A stretch of 64,000 nucleotides of DNA from Chloroflexota bacterium (GTDB lineage Bacteria; Chloroflexota; Limnocylindria; Limnocylindrales; CSP1-4): NCBI GenBank assembly GCA_021783095.1, contig JAJXUG010000001.1:119570-183569 (forward strand). Direction: 5' to 3'. The notes under the pieces are model-generated. The model was not told the origin of the DNA. It made no database searches and worked only from the letters and a program-made list of their open reading frames with translations. Numbering within the stretch: position 1 is the stretch's first letter; each line of letters opens with the position of its first letter. Positions 11,644-20,362 of the stretch are shown here, one piece after another. Position numbers and translations under genes: made by a program.

Positions 11644-14259
11644 TCACTGCGCTCCTTCGTCCTGCCGCTCGGCCGGGGACTGGGGCGTGGGCCCGGCCGC
11701 CGCACTGGCCGGGAGTATAGGGTACGGCCCGGGTGGCGCCGGGGGCGCTGACGGCACGGGAGGTGCCCACCAGGGCGGCGGCGCGGGCGGGGCGAGGCTC
11801 GGGTCGATCCAGTCGTCGCCGCCCGGAGCGACGTCACCGCGGCCCGCGGAAATGCCCGGGGCAAGCCAGGTGGCCCCGCCCAGGGGCGCCTCGGCGGGGC
11901 GCCCGGCGACGGGCGCCACCCCTTGGGTCGAGCCGTCGCGCGATGCGCCGACCACCAGCGCCAGGCCCGGGGAGGTGAAAGACGCTCCCGCGGCAGCCGA
12001 CGCTCGCCTCCTCGAGGCCGATCGTCGCCGGACGATCGTGACGGCCAGGATCACCAGTAGCGCGAGGGCGACGATCCCGGCGCCGATCGCGACGAGTCGC
12101 AGCCTGCCTGCGTCGGCGGCCACCAGGAGCGCGGCGTGGGCACTCGCGGCCCCGGACGCGGCCCCGGACGCGTCGCCTGACGTCCACGCGACCCGAGCCG
12201 CGGCGAGTTCGCCTGAGGGGTCCTGCCCGACGAGGCCCAGCGTGACCAGCCAGTCGCGCGGCGCCTGGAGGGCGTCGTCGGCCGCCGCCACCGCGTCCAG
12301 CGACCGGTGCAGCGCCTGCTCGTCCTCGGCGGCCTGCTTGAGCGCCTCGGGGCTCGAGGCCGTCTGGTAGGCGGTCTGGAGTTCGGCCGGGACCGCGAGA
12401 TGCTCGGCTGCAGCCTCGCCCCGGAGCGCATCGCGGAGGGCGAGCACCGCGGTCGCGTCATCGATGGTGCTCGTGGCGCCCGTGAAGTCCCAGGCGTCGA
12501 GGTCCATCCGGACGACGACCGGCGCCGCCCAGTCGCCGCCCTGCGCGACGAGGGCGTGGTAGGCGCTCCTCGCTGCGGCGCGCGGGGCGAGCAGCGCGCG
12601 CTCTGCCGTCGTCAGCACCCACGGGCCGATCATCTCTGCGATCCCGCGCCCGCCGCCAACCTCCTCGGCCAGGTCGACGAAGCGTCGCCAGTCGGCGCGC
12701 AGCGTGCTGCGCTCGGGCGCGCCCCCGGCGGGGTAGGCGGTGGTCCCGGCCTTCGCGGCCGCGAACACGGCCGCCATCTTCGTCTCGCCCAGCTTGGTGA
12801 CGGCCTGCCGCACGACCGTCCAGGACGCGTCGTAGCCCCACTGCTCGCGAGCGTCCTGGGTCCTGGTCTTGATGGGCGCGGGCGTGCCCCACGTGTCCAG
12901 CGGGAAGGCCACCGAGGCGTTGGCGCGAACCTTGGCGGGCCCGTCGACGGCCACGCCGAGGCCCTTCAGCGTCCGGTAGGCGTACTCGTCCGCGAGCCCC
13001 TCGGTGAGCCATCGGTCGGTGAACAGCGATGCGTTGAACCAGGCGTGCGAGGCCTCGTGGACAACCGTGAGCGGGTCGACGGTCTCGCTGATCGTGATCT
13101 GCTGGTTGCTGGGCGAGTAGAAGCCCGCGTACCCCTCGAGCATCGCCCCCGAGACCTCGAGCACCGACAGCTGACCGGTCACCGGCCACGGCAGGCCGAT
13201 CCGCTTCACCAGCGACGGGATGGCCGAGGTGAGCGTGCTCGCGACGTCCTTCTCCCAGGTGGGGTCCTCGGGCCAGGCGCGGACCACCACCTGCTCGCCG
13301 CCGGGGAGCTTGATCGCGCGGCTGGTGAGCGCCGCGTCGTCGCGCGCGTTGATCCAGGCGTACCAGTCGACGGGGTCGTTGACCGTCGCGGCGAGGACCT
13401 GCTGCGCGCCCGCCCCTGCTGTCTGCTCCATGGCGCTGCCCGAGGTGGCCACGGCGAATCGAGCCGGGACGTCGACCTCGACGGTCCCGCGATCGCCGAA
13501 GGCCCACGCGACGAACGTCGTGGACGCGGCGCCCACGCGGACCTGGCTGGTGGAGCGCGGGGCGCCGGCGGGCAGCAGGTACGCGACGTGGAGGTGCGCC
13601 GTCTGGCCGACATAGAGGCGCGATGCGAACTGGACCGTCAGCAGCCGGTAGCCGGTCTTCGCCTGGCTGGTGGTGCGGTCGCGGGCGCCGCCCTCATCGG
13701 CCACGATCTGGCTGGCCTCAGGCTGCACCGCGAGATTGACGCCCGGGTAGTACAACGCGGGGCCGGGGGTCACCGGGAGGCGGTTGACGGCCGTGATGTC
13801 GACGGCGACCCGGACCACCCGCGCGACCGGGTCGACCACGTAGGTCGTGTCCGTCGCCACGTCGAGGTTGTCGGCCGCGGCGAGCATGGGGCCTGGTGCG
13901 ACTCCCCGGGGCGGGGGCGGCGCGTCGAGGACGGGCGTCTGCGGCGTGGTTCGTGGCGGCGGGGCGTCGTGGGCAGGGCCCGTTGGTGTCGGGGTGGCTG
14001 GCGCGGCAATGCCCGCGGCCTGCGCCGCGACCGGGAAGGACGGGCTGGTCGCGGCAGCCGGGAAGGTGATGCTGGCGGCGACCGGGCTCGTCGGGTCGGC
14101 CGCGACCACGCTCGTCTCGGCGGCTGCCCAGGTGCCTGCCGGGGCGGGCCAGGCAAGCGCGGGGCCCTTCGCGCCGCCGGGAACGAGCGTCGCCGTGGCG
14201 ATGGCCGCGGTGCCCAGCACGGCGACCAGCCGGGCCCGCCACCCCCCGATGCTTCTCAC
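11644..14259 (-). CDS. Membrane-anchored M1-like (gluzincin) zinc metallopeptidase homologue, paralogue A
   Basis: N-terminal signal/anchor (RSIGGWRARLVAVLGTAAIATATLVPG) and a Pro-rich linker. A GAMLEGYAGFY motif sits about 25 aa before VHEASHAWFN...WLTEGLADEY, with HEXXH-X14-E spacing rather than the canonical X18. A C-terminal TM helix (LVAIGAGIVALALLVILAVTIV) is followed by an RRR stop-transfer and a Pro-rich cytoplasmic tail. The start is assigned to GTG at 14259 because upstream it would overlap the paralogue. Confidence 0.6.
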   Translation of the reverse strand: MRSIGGWRARLVAVLGTAAIATATLVPGGAKGPALAWPAPAGTWAAAETSVVAADPTSPVAASITFPAAATSPSFPVAAQAAGIAAPATPTPTGPAHDAPPPRTTPQTPVLDAPPPPRGVAPGPMLAAADNLDVATDTTYVVDPVARVVRVAVDITAVNRLPVTPGPALYYPGVNLAVQPEASQIVADEGGARDRTTSQAKTGYRLLTVQFASRLYVGQTAHLHVAYLLPAGAPRSTSQVRVGAASTTFVAWAFGDRGTVEVDVPARFAVATSGSAMEQTAGAGAQQVLAATVNDPVDWYAWINARDDAALTSRAIKLPGGEQVVVRAWPEDPTWEKDVASTLTSAIPSLVKRIGLPWPVTGQLSVLEVSGAMLEGYAGFYSPSNQQITISETVDPLTVVHEASHAWFNASLFTDRWLTEGLADEYAYRTLKGLGVAVDGPAKVRANASVAFPLDTWGTPAPIKTRTQDAREQWGYDASWTVVRQAVTKLGETKMAAVFAAAKAGTTAYPAGGAPERSTLRADWRRFVDLAEEVGGGRGIAEMIGPWVLTTAERALLAPRAAARSAYHALVAQGGDWAAPVVVRMDLDAWDFTGATSTIDDATAVLALRDALRGEAAAEHLAVPAELQTAYQTASSPEALKQAAEDEQALHRSLDAVAAADDALQAPRDWLVTLGLVGQDPSGELAAARVAWTSGDASGAASGAASAHAALLVAADAGRLRLVAIGAGIVALALLVILAVTIVRRRSASRRRASAAAGASFTSPGLALVVGASRDGSTQGVAPVAGRPAEAPLGGATWLAPGISAGRGDVAPGGDDWIDPSLAPPAPPPWWAPPVPSAPPAPPGPYPILPASAAAGPTPQSPAERQDEGAQ

Positions 14260-16370
14260 GGCTCGGGCGCCACGGACCGGGTGCGAGAGGGTCGACGGGA
14301 GCGCAGGGCCCGGCTCGCGAGCGACGCGGCCATGACCCCGAGCGCCACGACCAGCGCGGCCCCCATCAGAGCGCGCCGGCGGCCCTCGCCGCTGGCATCG
14401 CCCCACATCTGCAGGGAGGCCCGGGCAGCGGTCAGCGCCGTGGCGGTGTCGCCAGCCGCGAGGGCGGCCCTCGCGGAGGTCAGGTCGAGCTCCGGGTCCA
14501 GGCCGATCATCCCCACGCTTGTCAGCATGTCATTGCGGCCCTGGGCGCGTCCATCGAGCGCCGCTCCGATCGCCGCGATCGCCGACTCCTCGAGCTGCGC
14601 CTCGGTCACCGCGCCCGCGAGGTCGCCCGCCTCGAACAGCCGCTGCACCGTGGGCGGCAGCGTCAGGCCTGCCGCCGACGCCTGGCCCTCGAGCTTGGTC
14701 CGCTCGGCCAGCGCCGCCCGGGCCTGCGCGATGAGCGAGTCAGCCGTGTCGAACCGCCATGCCCGCAGCGCGTCGCGGATCGACCGCGGCAGGGCCCAGC
14801 CGTCCGCTGCGGCGAGCGCGCCCTGGTAGGCGGTCCTGGCTGCGGCGCGCCGGTCGAGCTGTCCGGCATCGCTGGGCCGCACGACCCACGTGCGCCACAG
14901 CGTGGTGAAGTCACTGCCGGTCTCTGCCTCCAGCAGGTCGAGGAGGCCCCGCCAGTCGGGCGCCCCGTCCACGGTCTCGGGCGTGCTGGACTGTCCGGAC
15001 GGCGGCTGGTACGCGCCGATGTGCGATGCGGCGTCAGCCCAGACCCGGGCGAGGGCGTCGGGGCCCGCCTGCTTGAGGATCTGCGCTGCCAGCGTGTAGG
15101 ACGCGGCATAGCCGAAGGATTCGGCGGCCGCGGTCGGCGCCGGGGTGGCGGGCCAGTCGTTGAGCGGGAAGCCCGCCGCCTGGAGCTTCGTCGTCAGCTC
15201 GGGTGGGGACGACTTGATCTTGAGCGCGGTGAGCGCCCGCTGTGCGTACAGGCTCGCGAAGCCCTCGACCGCCCAGCGGTCCGCCAGGAGGGTGCCGTTG
15301 AACCACGCGTGGGCGGCCTCGTGGACCACGATCGCCGAGCTCGCCCAGTAGGCCACCTGGATCGTCGACGCCATCGGGTCGTACAGCCCGGCGAAGCCGC
15401 CCGTGCTTCGGCTGACGGCCTCCTGGACGACGACCGGACCGTCATGGGGCCAGGCCAGCCCGATGTCCGAGCGCAGGAGCGGCAGTGACCGCGTGAACAG
15501 CGGCCCCACCCGGCCGGCCCAGCTCCGGTCGTCCTTCCAGGCGCGCATCGTGAGCGGGATCGTGCCGTCCGCGACCTTCACGTTGAGCTGGGTTGACAGG
15601 TACGTGGCCGGCTGCTGGGCCGAGACGAAGGCGAAGAACCCGAGCGGGTTGGCGAGGGCGTTGGTGCCGAGGACGACGCCGCCGTCCGACGCGTGCGTCT
15701 GGGTCGCGAAGGAGCCGGTCTCGACGCTGACGTCGTAGCCCTTGGGGAACTGCACGGTCACGCGGCTGCCCGAGGCGCCATCCGAGGCGTAGGCCCAGAC
15801 GGGGAAGGTGACGAGGCTCGCGCCCACGCGGACCAGGCGCTGGACGGCCGTGCCGGTGTCCCGCAGGTCGAAGGAGAACCGGAACGATGTGGTGTGCCCG
15901 CCGAACAGCTGGGCGAAGTCGAGGCGCAGCGTGGTCGCGTCCGCCCCCCGGGACGCGATGCCCACCGAGGCGCCGCTGGGGCCCTTCGTCACCTTGGGGT
16001 TGGCCGCACCGGGCTGCACGTTGAGGAACGCGTGGTCGTAGTAGAAGCGGTTGACCCGCGTGTCGGCCTCGTGATTGGAGATCGAGACGTCGACCACGAC
16101 GCTCACCCTGCCCTGGCTCGGCAGGACCGTGTAGCGGGCGGCGGTCACGATCGTCGGGCCGCTGCTCGCGCCGCGGGCGGTCGGGGCGGCAACGATGCCC
16201 GCGGGGCCGAGCAGGAGGCCGAGCATCCCGAGCACGCCGATGGCGACCACCAGCGACGCCGCCTGCCGAGGGAGGCGGGACAGCGCCGGGTGCCGCGGGG
16301 ACCGTCCGTTGATCGCCTGCGGCAGGTCGTCGCCAACCTGAGCACCGCTCGGCGGCAGCGGGGCCCTCAC
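14256..16370 (-). CDS. Membrane-anchored M1-like (gluzincin) zinc metallopeptidase homologue, paralogue B (lacks a GAMEN-like motif)
   Basis: Same architecture as paralogue A: N-terminal anchor ASLVVAIGVLGMLGLLLGPAGIVAAP, VHEAAHAWFNGTLLADRWAVEGFASLY (HEXXH-X14-E) and a C-terminal TM ALMGAALVVALGVMAASLA. The GAMEN position instead carries GGFAGLYDP. Confidence 0.6.
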   Translation of the reverse strand: MRAPLPPSGAQVGDDLPQAINGRSPRHPALSRLPRQAASLVVAIGVLGMLGLLLGPAGIVAAPTARGASSGPTIVTAARYTVLPSQGRVSVVVDVSISNHEADTRVNRFYYDHAFLNVQPGAANPKVTKGPSGASVGIASRGADATTLRLDFAQLFGGHTTSFRFSFDLRDTGTAVQRLVRVGASLVTFPVWAYASDGASGSRVTVQFPKGYDVSVETGSFATQTHASDGGVVLGTNALANPLGFFAFVSAQQPATYLSTQLNVKVADGTIPLTMRAWKDDRSWAGRVGPLFTRSLPLLRSDIGLAWPHDGPVVVQEAVSRSTGGFAGLYDPMASTIQVAYWASSAIVVHEAAHAWFNGTLLADRWAVEGFASLYAQRALTALKIKSSPPELTTKLQAAGFPLNDWPATPAPTAAAESFGYAASYTLAAQILKQAGPDALARVWADAASHIGAYQPPSGQSSTPETVDGAPDWRGLLDLLEAETGSDFTTLWRTWVVRPSDAGQLDRRAAARTAYQGALAAADGWALPRSIRDALRAWRFDTADSLIAQARAALAERTKLEGQASAAGLTLPPTVQRLFEAGDLAGAVTEAQLEESAIAAIGAALDGRAQGRNDMLTSVGMIGLDPELDLTSARAALAAGDTATALTAARASLQMWGDASGEGRRRALMGAALVVALGVMAASLASRALRSRRPSRTRSVAPEP

Positions 16371-16912
16371 GAGCCGGATCCGCCGAAGTCAGTCAACAGC
16401 TCCGCCAGCTCCGCCGAGTAGCGCGCCATGAGGCGCATGCCGGGCCCGTCGGGGTCGGCCGGGGGCGCGGTGCGCCAGCCGCCCGCCTTGAGCCACTCGA
16501 TCGACTCCGCGTGGAGGCGGTCGGCGACGGCCACCTGCCGGGCGAGGGCCAGCCCGAGGTCGTCGCGTCCGACGGTGGCGGCGGGCATCTCCGCGACCAG
16601 CAGCGGGCGCTCGTCCTCGCCGACGCTGAACTTGACGAACGGCAGCTCGTCGTTCCAGCGCAGCAGCTTGCGGTACGACTTGCGGAAGCTGTCGTTGACC
16701 GGGGGCGCGAAGTGGCACCAGCAGATGAGCGCCAGGCCGGGATCCAGGATCAGCGTGATCCGCAGCGAGGCGCGCCGGCGCCCGTCGAGGACGATGTCCC
16801 ACGAGGTCACGCCCTCGCGGTCGCTGCGCTCGAGCGGGGTGACGCCAAGGTCGGCGAGCCAGGCCTCGACGTCGGCGGGACCGCACGCCTCGGCCCGGGG
16901 AGCGATGGACAT
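16367..16912 (-). CDS. Hypothetical protein, YbjN-like (putative sensory-transduction regulator/T3SS-chaperone-like fold)
   Basis: Start MSIAPRAEACG at 16912; the ORF from 16990 is over-extended. WDIVLDGRRRASLRITLILDP...ALICWCHF fits a YbjN-like pattern. Its stop overlaps the start of paralogue B by 4 nt. Confidence 0.4.
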   Translation of the reverse strand: MSIAPRAEACGPADVEAWLADLGVTPLERSDREGVTSWDIVLDGRRRASLRITLILDPGLALICWCHFAPPVNDSFRKSYRKLLRWNDELPFVKFSVGEDERPLLVAEMPAATVGRDDLGLALARQVAVADRLHAESIEWLKAGGWRTAPPADPDGPGMRLMARYSAELAELLTDFGGSGS

Positions 16913-17035
16913 GGCCCGCAGTCTACCCGAGGGCGCGGAACCGTCGGCCAGGGGACGCGCTTCCGTGGAGCCGTCAGAGGAGCCGCTCACTCGCTGGCGA
17001 CGCGACGAGGAGCCTGCGCCGCCGTCGGCCGAGAG

Positions 17036-18397
17036 CTAGGTGGCCCCGATCACCTGGTCCTCGTCGTCGGGGGCGCGATCGGGCCGCCGCTCCACGGTCC
17101 CCCCGGCGCGGACGATCCGCGTCGAGAAGTCGGACGAGCGGACCTGGCCGCCCACCTTCACGTTCCGGCCGAGGCGCGCGCCGCGCGGGATGATCGACTG
17201 CTTGCCGATCACGGTGATGCCGGTGTTGAGGCGGCTGGGCTCGGCCCTGTTCGGGGTGTCGAAGTCGGGCCCGTCGCCGACGATCGCGCCCTGGCCGACC
17301 GTGACCTCCTTGTCGAGGATCGCCCGGTCCACCACGGCGCCGCTGCGGACGACGGTGTCGAACATCAGGATCGAGTCTCGGACCACGGCGCCCACGTCCA
17401 CCCGGACGCCCGGCGACAGCACGCTGTTGACCACCGTGCCGTTGATGACGCAGCCGTGCGAGATGAGGCTCCGGTGCACCTGCGCCGTCGGGCCCACCTT
17501 GGCCGGCGCGCGCTCCTCGGACCGGGTGTGGATCAGCCACTCGCGGTCGTACAGGTCGAGCTCGGGGTTGTCGTCCAGCAGCGCCATGTTGGCTTCCCAG
17601 AACGTCTGGACCGTCCCCACATCCTGCCAGTAGCCGTCGAAGCGGTAGCCGAACACGCGGGCGCCGGCCTCGAGCATGGCGGGGACGACGTGGCCCCCGA
17701 AGTCGGTCCGCTCCTCGGACAGGAAGCGCCGCAGCGCGCGCTTGGAGAACACGTAGACGCCCATCGACGCGAGGTCGCTCTTGGGCTGCTTGGGCTTCTC
17801 CTGCCACTCGATGACGCGCTCCTGGTCGTCCAGGGCCAGGATGCCCATCCGGCTCGCCTCGGACAGCGGCACGCGCCGAACGGCGATCGTCACGTCCGCG
17901 CGGCGGCGGCGGTGGGCGGCGACGAACGGCGTGTAGTCCATCTTGTAGATGTGGTCGCCGGCCAGGACCAGCACGGTGTCGCCGGCATCGTGCTCGATGA
18001 CGTTGAAGTTCTGGAGCACGGCGTCGGCGGTGCCGCGGTACCACTCGGCCACGCGCCCGCGCTTCACGTACGGCTGGAGCATCTTCACGCCGCCGGTGTT
18101 GCGGTCGAGGTCCCACGGTCGCCCCAGGCCGATGTGGTCGTTGAGCGACCGGGGATTGTACTGGGTCAGCACCATGACGTGCTGGATGCCCGAGTTGACG
18201 CAGTTCGACAGGGTGAAGTCGATGATCCGGTACTTGCCGCCGAATGGCACGGCGGGCTTGGCGCGCACCGAGGACAGGATCGACAGCCGCTCGCCCTCGC
18301 CGCCAGCGAGGATGATCGCCATGACGGGTTTCGCCAACGTCGTTCCTCCGGACCTGCGGGGACCTGCCCCGATCCTAGCACCGCCCGACTTCGCCAT
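17036..18397 (-). CDS. glgC: Glucose-1-phosphate adenylyltransferase
   Basis: AIILAGGEGERL (G-rich NTP-binding loop), KPAVPFGGKYRIIDF and the C-terminal left-handed beta-helix region. Start taken at MAKSGG (18397); an alternative is the ATG about 75 nt downstream giving MAIILAGG. Confidence 0.9.
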   Translation of the reverse strand: MAKSGGARIGAGPRRSGGTTLAKPVMAIILAGGEGERLSILSSVRAKPAVPFGGKYRIIDFTLSNCVNSGIQHVMVLTQYNPRSLNDHIGLGRPWDLDRNTGGVKMLQPYVKRGRVAEWYRGTADAVLQNFNVIEHDAGDTVLVLAGDHIYKMDYTPFVAAHRRRRADVTIAVRRVPLSEASRMGILALDDQERVIEWQEKPKQPKSDLASMGVYVFSKRALRRFLSEERTDFGGHVVPAMLEAGARVFGYRFDGYWQDVGTVQTFWEANMALLDDNPELDLYDREWLIHTRSEERAPAKVGPTAQVHRSLISHGCVINGTVVNSVLSPGVRVDVGAVVRDSILMFDTVVRSGAVVDRAILDKEVTVGQGAIVGDGPDFDTPNRAEPSRLNTGITVIGKQSIIPRGARLGRNVKVGGQVRSSDFSTRIVRAGGTVERRPDRAPDDEDQVIGAT

Positions 18398-18416
18398 GTG
18401 ACCCGCGAAGTCCCTG

Positions 18417-19772
18417 CTAGGTGAACAGCTGCGGGTTAACGAACGTCCCGTTGAACTCCACCATCCAGTGGAGGTGGGCACCGGTCGAGTGGCCGGTGCT
18501 GCCCTCGTAGCCGATGACCTGCCCCCGGCTCACGTGGTCCCCCGCGCGGACCGGGTAGGTGGGCTGCATGTGGGCGTACCAGGTCACGAGCGAGGTGCTG
18601 TGGGCGATGATCACGATCCAGGCCGGGTTGGCGCCGTCGGCGTAGTTCCAGCCCACGTAGACCACGGTGCCGTCGCCGGCCGAGTGGACCGGCGTCCCGT
18701 ACGGCGCCACCAGGTCGATCCCGTTGTGGTAGTGGGCGCAGTTGCCGTAGGGCGGCTCCCAGATGAACCCGGTGCAGCCGAACGGCTGGGTGATGGACCC
18801 GGACATCGGCCATTGGAGGGTGCCGTTGTACTGGCTCGGGATGTTCCCGTGGCTCGCCTGGGCGGCGATGATCGAGTCGATCTTCCTCTGGAGCTGGGCG
18901 CGGGCCGCGCCGGCCTTGGCGAGGGCAGCACGGAGGGCCGCCTTGTTGGCCGAGACGGTCGCGTACTGCGCCTTCTGGGCCGCCAGCGCCGCCTTGGCGG
19001 CCGCCTCGAGCGCCTTGAGGCGCTTGGTGGCGGCGGCCAGGTCGGCGATCTTGCGGTCGAGGGCCTGCTTCTGGACGGCGGCCTGCTGGCCCAAAACCTC
19101 GGTCTGGTCGCGAGTCTCCGAGACCGTCTGGTGGAGCGCGAGCAGCGTCGCCTGGTCGGACGCGACCTGCGCCGCGAGCTGCTGGTCCTGCGACGCGGCG
19201 TCGAGCTGGGTCGACATCGCCGCGAGCATGTCGGTGAACGACGCGCCCGAGAGCAGGGTCTCGAGCAGCGAGGTGCGCTGGTCGTCGTAGGCCACCCGGA
19301 CGCGCTCCGCGAGCTGCGCCTGGTGCTGGCCGAGCTCCACCCGCTTGGCCGCCTCCTGCGCCTCGATCGAGGCCAGCTGTGCGTCGAGGTCCGCGAGGCT
19401 CGACATCAGGTCGTTGTACTGGCCCTGGACGGTGGCGAGGTCCTTCGTCAGGGCGGAGACCTGCTGGCGCGTGGCCGCAAGGTTCTGGGTGATGCCCGCG
19501 AGCTGCGTCGTGGTCTGGCTGATCTGGCCGGCGAGCGAGGCCTGGGACGCGTTGAGCGCCGCGATCTGCGACTTCTCCGCCGCGATCTTGGCCTCGAGCG
19601 CCTTCTTCTGCGCCTGCGCGTCCGAGAGCTGGTCCGCGAAGACGGCCGAGGGCGCGGCGACATGGCCCGCGAAGGCGCCCATCAGCAGCGGCACGATGAG
19701 CAGGGCGGTGATGGTGCGTCGCCCGATGCCACGACGGGCTCGGGGGAAGTGCTGCGCGACGGTGCGGGTCAA
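18417..19772 (-). CDS. Secreted M23 family peptidase with a long N-terminal coiled-coil (EnvC/RipA-like)
   Basis: Signal peptide (ALLIVPLLMGAFAGHVAAPSAVFA), about 280 aa of heptad-rich Ala/Gln coiled coil, then an M23 LytM domain (HNGIDLVAPYGTPVHSAGDGTV...HSTGAHLHWMVEFNG). Confidence 0.85.
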   Translation of the reverse strand: MTRTVAQHFPRARRGIGRRTITALLIVPLLMGAFAGHVAAPSAVFADQLSDAQAQKKALEAKIAAEKSQIAALNASQASLAGQISQTTTQLAGITQNLAATRQQVSALTKDLATVQGQYNDLMSSLADLDAQLASIEAQEAAKRVELGQHQAQLAERVRVAYDDQRTSLLETLLSGASFTDMLAAMSTQLDAASQDQQLAAQVASDQATLLALHQTVSETRDQTEVLGQQAAVQKQALDRKIADLAAATKRLKALEAAAKAALAAQKAQYATVSANKAALRAALAKAGAARAQLQRKIDSIIAAQASHGNIPSQYNGTLQWPMSGSITQPFGCTGFIWEPPYGNCAHYHNGIDLVAPYGTPVHSAGDGTVVYVGWNYADGANPAWIVIIAHSTSLVTWYAHMQPTYPVRAGDHVSRGQVIGYEGSTGHSTGAHLHWMVEFNGTFVNPQLFT

Positions 19773-20014
19773 CGAAGAGGCGTCCTCATCTCGTGCGAGC
19801 TGTCTCCGTCATCGTCGACGCCCCTCGGCGCCGGGGTGCTCGGCTACCACGCTCGCCGGATACGGCGCCGCCTCGGAAGGGCACGCCCGAGACGACAGTG
19901 AACCGGCGCTGCTCGGAGTGTAACAGCGGGATCAACCCGCGGCCGCGGGACGTGTCGCGGCCGCGGGACGATGGTCCCGGCATTGCAGCAGACCCAGGCA
20001 CACCGGACGCGAAG

Positions 20015-20047
20015 CGGCCCCGGGTCCGCGTGGAGCCCGGGGCCGCC
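20015..20047 (-). terminator. GC-rich hairpin (11-bp stem GCGGCCCCGGG / CCCGGGGCCGC, 11-nt loop) 16 nt downstream of the stop of the 20063-20362 gene
   Basis: Perfect inverted repeat read directly from the sequence. There is no U-tract, which is common in high-GC actinobacteria. It marks the probable end of the long minus-strand operon. Confidence 0.35.
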
Positions 20048-20062
20048 GTCGAGGTCAGGGGA

Positions 20063-20362
20063 TCAGCTGCCGGTCCAGCCGGTGCCGGCCATCCAGGCCT
20101 TCCAGACGTCCGGGTGGGCGTCGACCCACTTCTTGGCGGCGTCGTCATCGGACATCTTGTTGGAGATGTCGGTGGCGACCGCGTTCTGGTCGTCGTTGGT
20201 CCACTTGAAGTTCTTGATGAAGGCGACGGCGGGGCTGCCGCTGTTCACGAACGTGGTGGACGCGACCTTGTTGAGGTTGTACGGCGGGTAGTCGCAGGTC
20301 ATCGACTTCGAGTTGCTGTCACAAAGGGGCGTCAGGCTCGTTGTGCAGACTGCGTTTGTCAT
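20063..20362 (-). CDS. 99-aa ORF encoding only an OpuAC-type (glycine betaine-binding SBP) internal helical segment: orphan fragment, possibly a gene remnant
   Basis: ...DYPPYNLNKVASTTFVNSGSPAVAFIKNFKWTNDDQNAVATDISNKMSDDDAAKKWVDAHPDVWKAWMAGTGW matches the OpuAC block ...AAKLLSQFKWTQDEMGEIM...[27 protein letters not shown]. Codon usage is genome-typical, and the ATG overlaps the iclR stop (ATGA). Confidence 0.5.
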   Translation of the reverse strand: MTNAVCTTSLTPLCDSNSKSMTCDYPPYNLNKVASTTFVNSGSPAVAFIKNFKWTNDDQNAVATDISNKMSDDDAAKKWVDAHPDVWKAWMAGTGWTGS

